Assembly (NCBI GenBank): GCA_964016885.1
Contig: OZ024744.1
Location: forward strand, 54,870,001 to 54,934,000
Reading direction: 5' to 3'
Source of the DNA: Eledone cirrhosa
Taxonomy: Eukaryota
DNA: 64,000 nucleotides
Part shown: piece by piece, positions 24,050 through 36,872 of the stretch
How positions within the stretch are numbered: position 1 is the stretch's first letter
Layout of the letters: every line of letters starts with the position of its first letter
Program-made: the position numbers and the translations under genes
Notes under the pieces: generated by a model
Database searches by the model: none
Seen by the model: only the letters and a program-made list of their open reading frames with translations
What the model was told of the DNA's origin: nothing

Positions 24050-27000
24050 ACGATGATGACATCTTCTTTACTTTAGTTCCCGTCTGCCATGGGCACAAAG
24101 GTGGCTGTGGAGGCCGAGCCTTGACTTGCAGGCGCAATTCAAGTGTTGTTGATTCTGGACTTCACGCAGTCTTTGAACCTGTTGAGAGGCCTGCTCCGCT
24201 TTCGTTTCCCCGAACAGAGTTCCCCGTACATCAGTTGCTTCGGAAGCCTGTGATCGTCCATCTGGATGACATGACCCACTCATCGAAGCAGGCTCTTCAG
24301 TATCATAGCTTCGACACTGGTTGTCTCAGCCATATCAAGAACTTCGATGTTGGAGACTTTGTCCTGCCATTTGATGTTCATGATTGACCGCAGGCTGCGC
24401 ATGTGGAACCGTTCCAGCTGCTTCAGGTGCCTTCTGTATAGGGTCACATCCGTAGAGGAGTCTGGTGAGAACAACGGCCCTGTACACCTTGAGCTTGGTG
24501 GACTACCTGATGTTGTGCTGGTTCAGGACGCGTGTCCTCAGGCGGCCGAGGGCTTGACTGGCCTTGCAAATTCTGGCGTTTATCTCCTCGTCGAGGCTTC
24601 CATCGCTGCTGATGACACTGCTGAGGTACTTGAAGTCGTCCACCGTCTTTGGCTGGATACCTCCGATGGAGATGGAAGGAGGGTGGGCGGCAGAGGCAGG
24701 TTGAGGCTGGAACAGGACCTCAGTCTTGCCAAGGCTAATTGTGAGACCGAAGAGCCAGGAGGCCTCCTCGAACTTGTTGACGATGAGTTGGAGGTCAGAC
24801 TCCCTGTGGGCCATGAGGACACAGTCGTCAGCAAAAAGTGCCTCCAGGACGATCCTCTGCATGGTCCTTGTCTTGGCCGTCAGGCGCCGCAGGTCAAACA
24901 GGGAGCCGTCCAGTCTGTATCGCAGATACACTCCGTGCTCGAGGTCCCTGACGGCATGATTGAGCACGCAGGTGAAGAACAGATTGAAGAGGACAGGAGC
25001 CAGCACGCATCCTTGCTTGACGCCGTTGGTGATTCCGAACGGCTCCGATGCCTCTCCGCCCGAGCGCACCTGCCCGGTCATGTCGTCATGGAATTGCCGT
25101 ATCAGGTTCACGAACTTTCGTCGGGCATCCAAACTTCGACAGGATCGACCAGAGGGCTTCCCTGTTGACAGTGTCGAAGGCCTTCGTCAAGTCTATGAAG
25201 ACGGCAAAGAGGTCCTCCATGTTCTGCTCGACAAACTTCTCCTGCACCTGGCGTACAGAGAATTTCATGTCGATCGTGCTGCGGTTTGGGCGGAACCCAC
25301 ACTGAGCCTCAGGAAGGTTGTCCTCCGAGACGTTGGCGATGAGGCGGTTGAGCATGACCCGAGCCAGGACCTTTCCAGCGATGGACAGGAGAGAAATTCC
25401 CCGATAGTTACCACAGTCAGTTTTGTTGCCTTTGTTCTTAAAAAGCGAGACAACTGTGGCATCCCTGAAGTCTTTGGGCACCTCTTCTTCCTCCCATATG
25501 TTGACGAGGAGGGTGTGGAAGGCCCCCAGGGCAGCTGGACCGGCTGACTTGAAGATCTCGGCAGGAATCCCGTCCTTCCCAGGGGCCTTTCCTGAGCTGG
25601 TGTGGTTGATTGACTTCGTGACTTCATCCAACGTGGGGGGAGGGGGCAGGTCGAGGCTGCCGTCTACGGGCTTCTGTGGGACCTGGTCGAGGGCCTGTTG
25701 AGCAGGATGCTGAAGTGCTGTCTCCACCTCGAGTTGATGCTGCTCTTCTCCTTCAGCAGGATAGAGCCGACAGCAGCGGTGTGGTGACAGGCTTGGGGGT
25801 TCCGTAGATGTCCCTGGTGGCGTTGAAGAACATCTTGGAGTTCTTTGTGTCAGCGTATCTCTCGACTTCTTCGACCTTCTTTTCCCACCACTTGTCCTGC
25901 ATTCTGCGTAGCGCTGCTTGGGTCTGCCTCTGGAGAATTGAAGCGGTCGCGCTTCGAGGTGGAGGAGCTGTCATTCTGCCACTCAATGAAAGCCCTCCTC
26001 TTCTCGTCCAGGAGTTGTCTGATGCGCTCATCGTTTTCATCAAACCAGTCCTGGGGGTACTCTCTTCCTCGGCCCGATGGTTGCCTTGGCTGAACCTGTC
26101 ACCAGTGACCTGAACTGGTCACACTGTTGAGTTGGGGGTCCGGTCAGTGGTCCATGGGCAGTCAGCCGGTCGTCCAGGCTTCCGCGAACGCACCACGATG
26201 CTCTGGCTGCTTGAGTCGTGTGACGTTAAAATCTGGCCTACAGACTTTCGGAGCCTTGCGATGCGTCGGGGTGATGTGCAGTGACAGGATGGTCCTGACA
26301 AGGCGATGGTCGGTCCAACACTCTGCACCATGCATGGCCCTGGTGATTCTGACGTCACGGATATCCCTCCTACGGCATATGGCAAAGTCAATCAGATGCC
26401 ACTGTTTGGATCTAGGGTGCATCCATGTCGTCTTGAACTTGTCTGCCTGGCGGAACAGTGTGCTGGTGATGGTGAGGTCACTCTCGGTGCCGAAACTCAA
26501 CAGTATGAGGCCGTTAGAATTCAGCTTCCCTGTGCCGTGAGGTCCCAGCACGCCTCTCCAGTTGCTGCTGTGAGACCCGACTCTTGCGTTGAAGTCCCCC
26601 AGTAGGATGAGTTTATCGCTTGGGGAGACGCCCTTCACGAGTGCGTTGAGTTCCCCGTAGAAAGCGTCCTTTGCTTCATCACTGCTGGTGACTGTGACAT
26701 GCCGAGATTCTGTCCTCATCCTATGCATTGCCCTTCCAGAAGAAGGTGTAGCCTCCTTTCGGTTCTGCTGCTGATCCTTCTTCGGCGAGTCTATTCTCGC
26801 TGAGGGCGGCTAAGTCGATCCGGTAGCGAGCTAATTCCCTTGCTATGAGGGCAGTTCTACTCTCTGGCCTCAAGGAGGTTTCCCTATCCATGAGGGGGCA
26901 CACATTCCATGCGCCAAGAATCAAGTTCTTCTTTCTATTATGTTGGTTTCGCCAGCTGCGCTAGACTGGCCGGCTTTGTGTGGGACGAGCATTTGGTTAG

Positions 27001-27745
27001 GGCTCCTTTTATCGCCCCTCCCCTCGTGCGAGGGTGAGCAGTGCCCCCCTGAAAAGAGCTGCTCAGTCGCCCGGTGGAACGCCTGATCTCCTCTGTCATC
27101 CCAGGGTCAGGAGGAGAACGACTTGCGCAATCAGGCCACCCACGTGTGGGTTTGAGACTGGCAACTCCTAGAGGTTACCTCCACCTGTTACCTCCACCTA
27201 TCGCCCATCGCCGCAGGGCTTTGGGAGTGCACGCTAAAGAAGAAACCTGTGCGGGAAAGGCTTATAGTGGGAGGGCCAGCGGACAGTGACGGTCCCACTC
27301 ACTCGGCCGCAGGAGCCAGAATCCGGTGGTACGGAGGACCGTCACGACCAGGGACTTCCTTGGCTGCAGTGGATGGCCACGACGTCTGTAGTGCCTTGCC
27401 GTGCCCTAGCACTCCACACCGCTTGCTGTTGCCGCCTTCGTGACTCTTGGGACGATGTTGTCCTCCTCCACTCACTCCGCCGGGTCCAGTCTTCGCATGC
27501 AGAGGCAGGCACCCTCTATCTAACTCACCAGGGGGTTTCAGACCCGTCCGCCTACCCTCAATCTGGTTCGGTCCGCCAGCCGAGGCAGTTTACCGGGGTG
27601 TGGCCGCTGTCGCATGCTACAGCTTCTTGGGGCTACAGGTGAAAGCTGAGTGTCAGGTGGGACCCAATGCAGGACGAGCTGTCCTGAAAAGGGCATGGCT
27701 ACCTCCCCCTCTACAGAGGTACATACCCCTCCCTGACACCCCAGG
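24050..27745 (-). mobile_element. Near full-length BovB-like RTE LINE with disrupted ORF and about 800 bp 5' UTR
   Basis: ORF pieces: GAWNV..ELARYRIDLAALSE, LLGDFNARVG, TWMHPRSKQWHLID, NYRGISLLS, FIDLTKAFD, GVKQGCVLAP, LFADD, SRLGLHSH. Confidence 0.95.
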
Positions 27746-27804
27746 CATATACACACGTATATACATACACATACATATGTACATGTGTATATATATATTT
27801 ACAC

Positions 27805-27981
27805 ATTTTTGGATGGCCGTTGACTCTTATCAGTTCTTCCGCCCTTTGTCAGGTTTTGTTTTTTGTCCTACAGGGTGTGCAAAATCAACCTCCCCACCAA
27901 GTAAACTTGGTGGGGTTGCCAGTTTAGTCGCCGACGACCCGAGCATGCGACAGGTTGTACTGGTTTACATGTTACCAGTAG
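27805..27981 (-). mobile_element. 5' part of the RTE-derived non-autonomous family
   Basis: Reverse complement matches 3795-3985. Confidence 0.8.
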
Positions 27982-28212
27982 CACTCAAGAGTGACCTGAC
28001 ATGAATCCCATATATATATATATATATATAAACAATTAAATAAAAACAAAGAACAAGTTCCTTATATTAAAAAATTCTTCATTTTACGATCGTTTCTAGG
28101 ATGTATATGTGTGTTGGTATGTATATCATATAGATCTATGTAAACATATTACAAATTATAGAGGAAATATACATACCTTCACATATACATGCTGTCTTTG
28201 CTACATTTATCT

Positions 28213-28255
<43 letters not shown>

Positions 28256-28440
28256 CAAATATATTACACAAAGAGAAGTGTGTTACACAGTTAGATGTGT
28301 GTAAAGAATTATTACAAGTGAGTTTTACCGTTACTGTATAGAGAACAATATCTACAGGTTTAGCAATTAAATAGAACAAAACTAAGTCAGAATCAAATCT
28401 CTGAATTAGGGTTTTAAATTAACAACCTTATAACTATAGG

Positions 28441-28517
28441 TTTGCTGATACGAATCTCGCTTCGTTTCACCACTAATATGTGAAGTATAACAGGCCACAG
28501 GATCCTCAGTCAGCAAA
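28441..28517 (-). ncRNA. Type I hammerhead ribozyme (family H), between short inverted repeats at about 28351-28367 and 28720-28736
   Basis: Minus strand: TTTGCTGA CTGAGGA T CC..GG T GAAA CGAA GCGAGA TTCG TA TCAGCAAA; 8-bp stem I, 4-bp stem III, GUA site. Confidence 0.85.
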
Positions 28518-28789
28518 TGCGAACACTGTTCAGGACACATCTAACCTCATGGATAGAGAGAAAGCTAATACACATGCTGCCCAGAGTAGGGCGAAATCAC
28601 GTGTTATTTGCATCAAATAACAGCTCTCATGGATTGGGGAAAATGCTAGAAAGGGAAGCCCAACCATTCGAATTTATTAGCTCAACAATTTGGAGCTCGT
28701 TAAGTATACAAAGATCGGATTGCTAAACCTGTAGAGTTAGGATTAAAGTTGAGTTCTTTTTTTTAAATTTAATCATTCCAAGCAAAGAA

Positions 28790-28925
28790 ATAATTGTTTC
28801 TATTTTTGGCACAAGGCCAGCAATTACCCTAGTGTATTATTGGTGTTTTATTTTATCGACCCCGCAAGGATGAAAGGTAAAGTTAACCTCGGTGGGATTT
28901 AAACTTAGATCGTAAAGGGACGTGG
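28790..28925 (-). mobile_element. tRNA-derived SINE (5'-truncated)
   Basis: Reverse complement of the SINE body. Confidence 0.85.
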
Positions 28926-29049
28926 CCACTAAGATGGAAGGGGTTACCGAGAAGGAAAATAGGACAAGTCAGAGAAAACATAATTCAATGAGAGAAAAGT
29001 TGATGGTTGATGTTGCTTTTGAATTTTTACAAATCTTAGTGGCCATAAA

Positions 29050-29229
29050 CAGTGGTGGGTTTACAATTGTGCTTAGGTGTGCTTAAGTGCAGGGCTCCGT
29101 TAGCGGGGGGGGGGGGGGGGGTCATATTCCTGTGTGTGTCCCAAAAAAATTTTATGATGAATTTTTCAAATGTTTGGGGTCTCATAACTCAACTAGCACA
29201 GGGCCTCATTTGACCTAAATCCGACACTG
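29050..29229. mobile_element. hAT-type MITE (opposite orientation to 30261-30424)
   Basis: Ends cagtggtgggtttac and taaatccgacactg; shares ctagcacagggcctcatttg with the second copy; TSD not evident. Confidence 0.65.
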
Positions 29230-29714
29230 ATCAGGAAAGAGAATTCCATAAGTGAGATGTGCAAGGAAAGGGATAATTTGGTAGGCACGTCTTTGTTTGA
29301 AGCTAAATGCCTGGGTGGCTGGATGTATGGCTGGAATAGTTCTGTACTGTATCTTGGGAATGACGGGTAGATGCGGGTATGATGTCCTCTGAAACAATGT
29401 ATGTATGTGTGTGTGTGAGAGAGAGAAAGGGAGGAGAGAGGGGGAGAGAAATGGAAGAGAGAGGGGGAAGAGAGAGGGAGAGAGAGAGAGATCCGGCCGT
29501 GTAGAATAAGACATACGTTTTAAAAACATCAGTAATAGGACAAATCCTTGAGGTACGCCGTTTATGAAAGTTATGATCTGCGTGTGTTGTTATTGCACTA
29601 TACATAGCTTTGGCTCACGAAAGCAAGGTTGTTTTTAATTATATTTAAAACTCTGGGAGAAGCGGACTGGGTCTCAAAACCGACACGGATATCCATCACC
29701 TATCGGGTCATCGG

Positions 29715-30105
29715 GGGAGTGGCAGTATCAGTAGAAGGTCGGACACCATGCTTTCCAGCATAGTTACGTCCCTTTACAGTCTGAGTTCAAATCCTGCCAA
29801 GGTTAACTTTGCCTTTCATCATTACGTGGTAGATAAAATAAAGTACCAGTAATGTACTGGGTAATTGCTGGCCTTGTGCCAAAAGTAGAAACAATTATTT
29901 ATTTTAAAAAAGGGCGGTGGATTGGCAGTATCGGTAGAGAGTCGGACGCCAGGCTTTCCAGCATAGTTACGTCCCTTTACGGTCTGAGTTCAAATCCCGC
30001 CGAGGTTAACTTTGCCTTTGATCCTTACGGGGGTCGATAAAATAAAGTACCAGTAATGTACTGTGTAATTGCTGGCCTTGTGCCAAAAAGTAGAAGCAAT
30101 TATTT
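29715..30105 (+). mobile_element. Two tandem full-length tRNA-derived SINEs (29715-29900 and 29912-30105)
   Basis: A-box-like TGGCAGTATCGG, B-box GAGTTCAAATCC, central gcctttcatccttacggggtcgataaaataaagtaccag block (resembles the Meta-SINE domain), tail ..gaaacaattatt. Confidence 0.9.
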
Positions 30106-30260
30106 ATTAATATGTTTTTCAGCAGTTTTTTTTATTTTATTTTATTTTTTTACCCAGTCCTGAGGATCACCCAGACATTATCCAAATACCCACATGATCA
30201 GTCCGTCTCTGATTCGAAGGCAAAGCGATGTACTGGACCTCTAACTATGTCGCATCCAGC

Positions 30261-30424
30261 CAGTGCCGGATTTAGGACAAATGAGGCCCTGTGCTAGTTA
30301 AATTGAGGCTTCTTACTTGGGCCCTGAAGGAGGTAATTTTTTTATTTTTTTTTTTTTTGCAGCCAGTTGGCCAACGTGACACTGTGATTAACCACACCTA
30401 AACACAATGGTAAATCCGGTACTT
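30261..30424. mobile_element. hAT-superfamily MITE
   Basis: TIRs CAGTGCCGGATTTA and TAAATCCGGTACTT; 8-bp TSD CATCCAGC at 30253-30260 and 30425-30432. Confidence 0.85.
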
Positions 30425-30633
30425 CATCCAGCGCATTAAAATTAAATTTATCAACTAAAATGTTTGCGACATTTCATTGCAGGAAATTGCTTTATTATCA
30501 GCTAAAAGTCCAAAGAACATTATAAAAGGCAGGATCAGAGACAACAAGCAAACGAAAGATCGTGACAACCTTTTTCATTGGTTGATCCGTGCTGTTTGTT
30601 ATAATTAGTCTATGAGTATGAGGGAGAGGATTG

Positions 30634-30674
<41 letters not shown>

Positions 30675-31005
30675 CTGAATAAATCCCATCCGCGTGGTTG
30701 AGAGTCGGGAGTCTCATACACAACCACCCCACACTTCGTTATACATTAGGGTCTCATGCGACAGCTGTATATATATATATACACTCTGCCAGTGTCCTCC
30801 CTATCCCGTCTTTGATGTTGTCACTTCATCTTTGTTTCTGTCGCCGCGTACGAGCCCGTTTCCCCCCACCACACCGCCAGCCCCTGGGGATGTTGATGCA
30901 GAGGTTCTTGACCTTCATAAGTTTGCCTGAATATCGCAACTTTCGCTTTCTGACCAGTCATCAACTGTCATTCGGTTTTTCCCTCCCATGAAGTGTGACT
31001 AGGTT

Positions 31006-31637
31006 AAAGTGTAGCTATGTTGAAGGGAGGCTATGTTGAAGTGAGGCTATGTTGAAGTGTGGCTAAAGTGAAGTGTGGTTTGGAGTGTAGCTATATTGAA
31101 ATGTGGCTTGAAGTGTAGCTATGTTGAAATAAAGCTATGTTGAAGTGTAACTATGTTGAAGTGTGGCTTAAAGTGTAGCTACGTTGGTGTGCAGCTATGT
31201 TGGAGTGTAACTATGTTGGAGTGTAGCATTGTTGAAGTGTGGCTTGAAATGTAGCTATGTTGGACTGTAGCTATGTTGGACTGTAGCTATGTTGGAGTGT
31301 AGCTATGTTGAAGAGTAGTTATGTTGGAGTGTAGCTATATTGGAGTGTAGCTATTTTGGAGTGTAGCAATGTTGGAGTATAGCTATGTTGGAGTGTAGCT
31401 ATGTTGAAGTGTAGCTATGTTGGAGTGTAGCTATGTTGGAGTGTAGCTATGTTGGAGTGTAGCTATGTTGGAGTGTAGTTGTGTTGTAGTGTAGTTGTGT
31501 TGGAGTGTAACTATGTTGGAGTGTAGCTATGTTGAAGTAAAGCTATGCTGAAGTGTGGTTTGGAGTATAGCTATATTGAAGTGTGACATGAAGTGTAGCT
31601 ATATTGGAGTAAAGCTATGTTGAAGTGTAGCTATGTT
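31006..31637. repeat. 15-bp minisatellite (gtgtagctatgttgRa)n
   Basis: About 40 units, with some 10-bp deleted variants. Confidence 0.9.
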
Positions 31638-31666
31638 ACTTTACAGTAATAATATAATAATAATAA

Positions 31667-31858
31667 TAATTGTTTCTACTTTTGGCACAAGGCCAGCAAT
31701 TACCCAGTGCATTACTGGTACTTTATTTCATCGACCCCGTGAGGATGAAAGGCAAAGTTAACCTCGGCGGGATTTGAAATCAGAATGGCTAGGGCCGTAA
31801 CTCTATGCGTCAAAGCATGGCGTCCGACCCTCTACCGATACTGCCAATCCACCGCCAT
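31667..31858 (-). mobile_element. Full-length tRNA-derived SINE in (TAA)n
   Basis: Reverse complement of 29912-30105. Confidence 0.9.
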
Positions 31859-31877
31859 ATAATAATAATAATAATAA

Positions 31878-31912
<35 letters not shown>

Positions 31913-32889
31913 GGGAAGAAGACGCACGAGGTGGTAGAAGGTCATGAAATCGCTCCCGTAAGTTTTTGATTTTTAACATATTTAAATCAATTGTGAAATA
32001 ACAATTCTTACTACAAATGTTGCATAAACCACCGAATCAGGTCCCATAAAGTTTCGGATCCATATTATATTGTTGTATCGCTCAAATATTCAATTTTGTA
32101 TTATATATTTTGTATTAAAAAAAAGAAAATGGTTATAAATGGGAAAAAAACACCCACTGTCTACACTATATAGAACAGCCAAATAACAGCAATTTCACCA
32201 ACACCAGAAACTTGATACACCACCTATCCCATCACACTAAATATAACAGCTAGATAACGGCAATTTCACCAGCATCATAATAATAATTACTATTATTATT
32301 GTCTCAAATTTTAAAAAAATGTTTAATTCCAATTTTACGGGAATATGTCAACACAAAATATAATAAAAATATATATTAAACATACGAACACAAACTCATA
32401 GATACTACATATCAGTAACCACAACGCCACCGCTGCCACCACCCCACCTCATCCATCATTGCTACCACTATCCCATCGTCGCCGCCACCACTCCTTCAAT
32501 GCTACCACCACTATTCCCCTGTTAACTTGAGAGAGAAAGGGGAAGGTGGCGGTATCACTAGACAAGGGAGAGGCTAGCAAAAGATATAAATAGATTGACT
32601 TAGTGACCTGGCCACCGGCCAAACGTCAACATCAACAACTATGGGACTGCTGGCTCACCCCTTCCTCACCAACAATATAAAAAGCCCCAGCACCACCACC
32701 GACATAGCCAACAACAATAACAGCCAACTACAACAAAAAGTATATTATTATATTATTGTAATGCACTGGGTGATTGCTGGCCTTGTGCCTGGAGTGGAGA
32801 CAATTATTAATAATTTCATTCTTAAGCCACGCAATGCTCACATTAAGGAACCACTCATGATAATAACAATTTAAAAAAACAACAAAAAG

Positions 32890-35800
32890 AAAACCCCGTG
32901 ACCAAGAAATACCGGGATGGCGGCCGGTGGGGAATAGCCGTGTCTCTAGGGGAGAACGACCCCTCTAGTCTTGGTTAACACTCGTTCTAGAAGTGGTAAC
33001 ACGAAATGATTACCCCTTGGCGGATAAGGATAAAACGCGACAAAATAAAGTAAATGTCTAATGATAAAATCTCATACCGGATCGGCCGTCACCCGGGTAA
33101 AAAAGGGCCGCGTCCCTCAGAGAGGAACCAGACTGGGGTCGAAAAATCATCTAATGGTTCAAACCTTCCCATCACTTCGGAGCTGGAGACCTCCCATAAC
33201 CGGAATACTCCTACTGTTGGCACTCCATGCTCACCACCAAGAAATCCAAAGTAAAAGAGAGAAAAATGGTCAAGGGAAGATAATAAAGAAGTCCTTGAGG
33301 CTTTCTACACTGCCATGTACTACCCATCAAATACATCGAATACAGAACAGACATATATCAACTGGAAAAAGAAACATCCCGAAAGCAGAGGCTATATTGA
33401 CAGTAACAAACTAGCCAATATACGAAGAAATATTGTAAGAAAAAAGTTACTAACTGATATAGAAATTGATCAGATCAAGCTATTAGCACAAAGTCAGCGA
33501 AGGGAAAATGAAACATGTGTCAGTGAAAACGAGGTAAACTGTAACACTTCGAACCCCAGGGTTGGGGCGGAATCACTGGCAACAGAACAAATTAAAGAAA
33601 GGATCGAAAAAGTGGAGGGAGTGCATGCTCAGGATGAAACTCCAAATGAAAATAATGAGATCGTAAATGATAAAGAAATGAATGAGAATGAACTTGCCAA
33701 CTTGAAGGATGAAATTATGATCGAATGGATGAAAATGAAAGAATCTGACATGGGGCAACGAGACACCCTCCCTAAGATCCAGAACTCCAAACAGAACCAA
33801 AAGATAATACACAAGACTAACATAATTCTCAAAAACATTATCATCACAAACAAACTAAACATTACTGATTTAAATCATCTCTATTATGCATCGGCTAAAG
33901 TCACCACTCACTTATGTGGAGTGAAGATGAAAAAACAAAGGAATTCCCACAAGAAATCTACTTGGCAAGAGAACATCAATCGCCAAATAAACCTTCTCCG
34001 ATCTGACATAGAAATTTTAACAAACTATAAAGTAGGTGAACATGTTAAACAAACTAAACTTAGAAAATTGAAAAAAAAGTACAGTATAAAATCAACATGT
34101 GACATAGACATGCTGATAGAAATAATCAAGCAAAAAGTGTCGGCCAAAGCTGCTCGTATAAGGCGCTTTGAAAAACGATCTAGATTCTATAAGGACAATA
34201 ATATGTTCAAAAACAACCAAAGAAACTTCTACAGAAAAATTGGTAAGTCAACAATAACTGCTAAATCAATACCACCCAAGGAGGAAGTGCAAGAATTCTG
34301 GGAAAAGATCTGGGCCGAAGAAAAAGTTCATAACATACATGCCCCATGGATAGACAGACAAATGAAAGATACAGCTCACCTTGAGGAACAAACATGGGAA
34401 AATATAACAGTTGAACAGTTGCGCTTGGCTCTAAGAAAAACCAGCAAATGGAAATCCCCAGGAAAAGACAAAATACAAAACTTTTGGATAAATGCCTTCA
34501 CAGAGTCTCATGAGCTGTTAGCCCAACTTTACAATGAAATAGTTAAGGAGCCAGAAAAGATACCATCATGGCTAGTTAACGGCATTACATTCCTGCTTCC
34601 GAAGAATGATGAGACAAACAATCCCAAAAATTACAGACCGATAACTTGCTTGACCACAATGTATAAAATTTTAACATCAGTCCTAACTGAATACACATAT
34701 GACCACCTGATAACAAATGACCTATTTCCCATTGAGCAGAAAGGGTGTAAACGAGGCTCATATGGCTGTAAGGATCAGCTTCTGGTTAACAAAATGATAC
34801 TGGAAGATTGTCATAATAGACACAAAAATCTATCGATTGCTTGGATAGATTATAAAAAAGCATTCGATAGTTTGCCACACAGTTAGATTGAAAAATGTTT
34901 AGAGATTTTCAAAATATCCCCCATTGTCAGGAGGTTTTTGTCATTCAGTATGAAGACATGGAAAACGACACTCCTTTTGAATAGTGAAACAAAATCACTG
35001 GAAGCTGGAGAAGTTAATATTAATTGTGGAATTTTTCAGGGTGACTCTTTATCACCGCTTTTATTCTGCATCGCACTTATACCATTAAGTAAAATGCTCA
35101 TTGAAACAAAACATGGATATAAAGTCTATGACAAAACCATTAATCACCTGTTCTACATGGATGACCTGAAACTATTTGCAAAAAATGATGAACAATTGCA
35201 AGGGCTATTATCCACTGTGAAGCAGTTCAGTGATGACATTAAAATGGAGTTTGGACTAGATAAATGCGCCAAAGCAACGTTCACCAGAGGAAAGCTGCTG
35301 AAGAGTTCAGACATTAATCTTGATCGGGGGAACGTGATAAGAGAACGTGATCAAGAAAAAACTTACAAATATCTAGGTGTTTGTGAAGGAGACGGAATCA
35401 AGCACTCGACAATGAGGGAAAGGATAAGGAAGGAATGTTACCGCAGAGTAAGAGCAATCTTAAGAACGGAATTGAATGCAAGGAATAGGATCGATGCCAT
35501 AAACACGCTTGCCATACCAGTAGTAACCTACAGTTACAATGTCATCAACTGGTCAAGCACAGAGATCCGTAGGCTCGATACAAAAATTCGAAAATTCTTA
35601 ACCATGCACAGAATGCATCACCCTAAGGCAGATATAGATAGAATATATCTCCCTAGGAAAGAAGGAGGACGTGGGTTAATCCAGTTAGACATTGCGTTGA
35701 AAACTGCAACAATTGGATTATCTACATATCTAAGGGAATCACATGATTGGATGATCAAACTCGTTTTGAAACACGAAAGCATCAAAAGATCATATTCTCA

Positions 35801-36848
35801 TTACAAAAGATGCACAAAGATACAGTAATGGACTACAAATTTCAGAAGTCCCATTTACTGCTGAAATGGAAAACACAGAAAAAGCAAAGTAGGTAAAAGT
35901 AACTGCAAAGAAAGAACTGCTACAGAAACTGGCTAAGAAATGGCAAGAAAAGCCTCTGTATGGAAAATACCCAGAGCGAGCTAACAATCCTGAGGTTGAC
36001 AAAACTTTAACCCATCAGTGGTTGGCATCCTCTGGACTGAAATCGGAGACTGAAGGACTGATTATATCGGCACAAGATCAGTGACTGCCAACAAAAAATT
36101 ACCAAGCCAACATAATAAAAAATGGGTGCAGCCCATTATGCCGTGTATGCAAAAAACAACCAGAGACCATTGACCATATAATTTCAATGTGCAGTCCTAT
36201 AGCTCCAACCGAATACCTAAACAGGCATGACAGAGCTGCACAATACATACATTGGATAATGTGTAAGCATTTTGACCTGCCCCATCAAAAGAATTGGTGG
36301 GAGCATCAACCACCTCCCATACTTGAAAAAGATCACATCTCAATCTTGTGGAACTTTAGCATCCAAACAGACCGAAAAATAGATGCAAATAGACCTGATA
36401 TAATATTGAAGGACTTTCAAAATAGGGTATGCCTGCTAATTGATATGTCTGTTCCAATAGACAAGAATGTATCTATAAAAACATTTGAAAAATTGAGCAA
36501 GTATAAGGACCTGGAGATAGAAATTGGAAAAATGTGGAAATTGAGAACTAAAACAATACCAGTGGTTGTAGGCGCTCTGGGAATGATACCTAAGGGGTCT
36601 AATGACTACTTATCGCAAATCCCAGGAAACCCGCGTATAGGAGAAATACAAAAGATAGTACTAATGGGAACTGCCCATATACTAAGGAAGATTCTGTCAA
36701 TATAAGTACATCACAAGTCTAAACACTAAAGATGCAGTGTGAATATGTATGTTCTTTCTTGAACATGGCGGACCTTGTTGTCTCTTGAGGTCACTGGTTG
36801 TGACTTGGTGATAACTCGTATGAACATAAAGCAAGATAAATGCAACTG
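32890..36848 (+). mobile_element. Near full-length R4/Dong-like non-LTR retrotransposon (RT + CCHC + restriction-like endonuclease); ORF 33054-36705 with a few stops and frameshifts
   Basis: WKSPGKD, NYRPITCL, WIDYKKAFDS, GIFQGDSLSP, FYMDD, CRVC..ETIDHIISMC, RHD, NRPDII..IDMSVP..K..KY; ends in (TAA)n. Confidence 0.92.
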
Positions 36849-36872
36849 TAATAATAATAATAATAATAATAA

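Noticed and set aside
24347-25547. Long antisense ORFs over the RTE (and similar ones over the Tx1 copies)
   Set aside because: Shadow ORFs of GC-rich LINE coding sequence
29912-30000. tRNA gene
   Set aside because: The A/B boxes belong to a SINE head; no cloverleaf, and it is followed by the SINE body
30500-30990. Possible host promoter or exon (TATAAAAG, ATTGG, short ORFs)
   Set aside because: Short motifs expected by chance; no recognisable protein or supported splice structure
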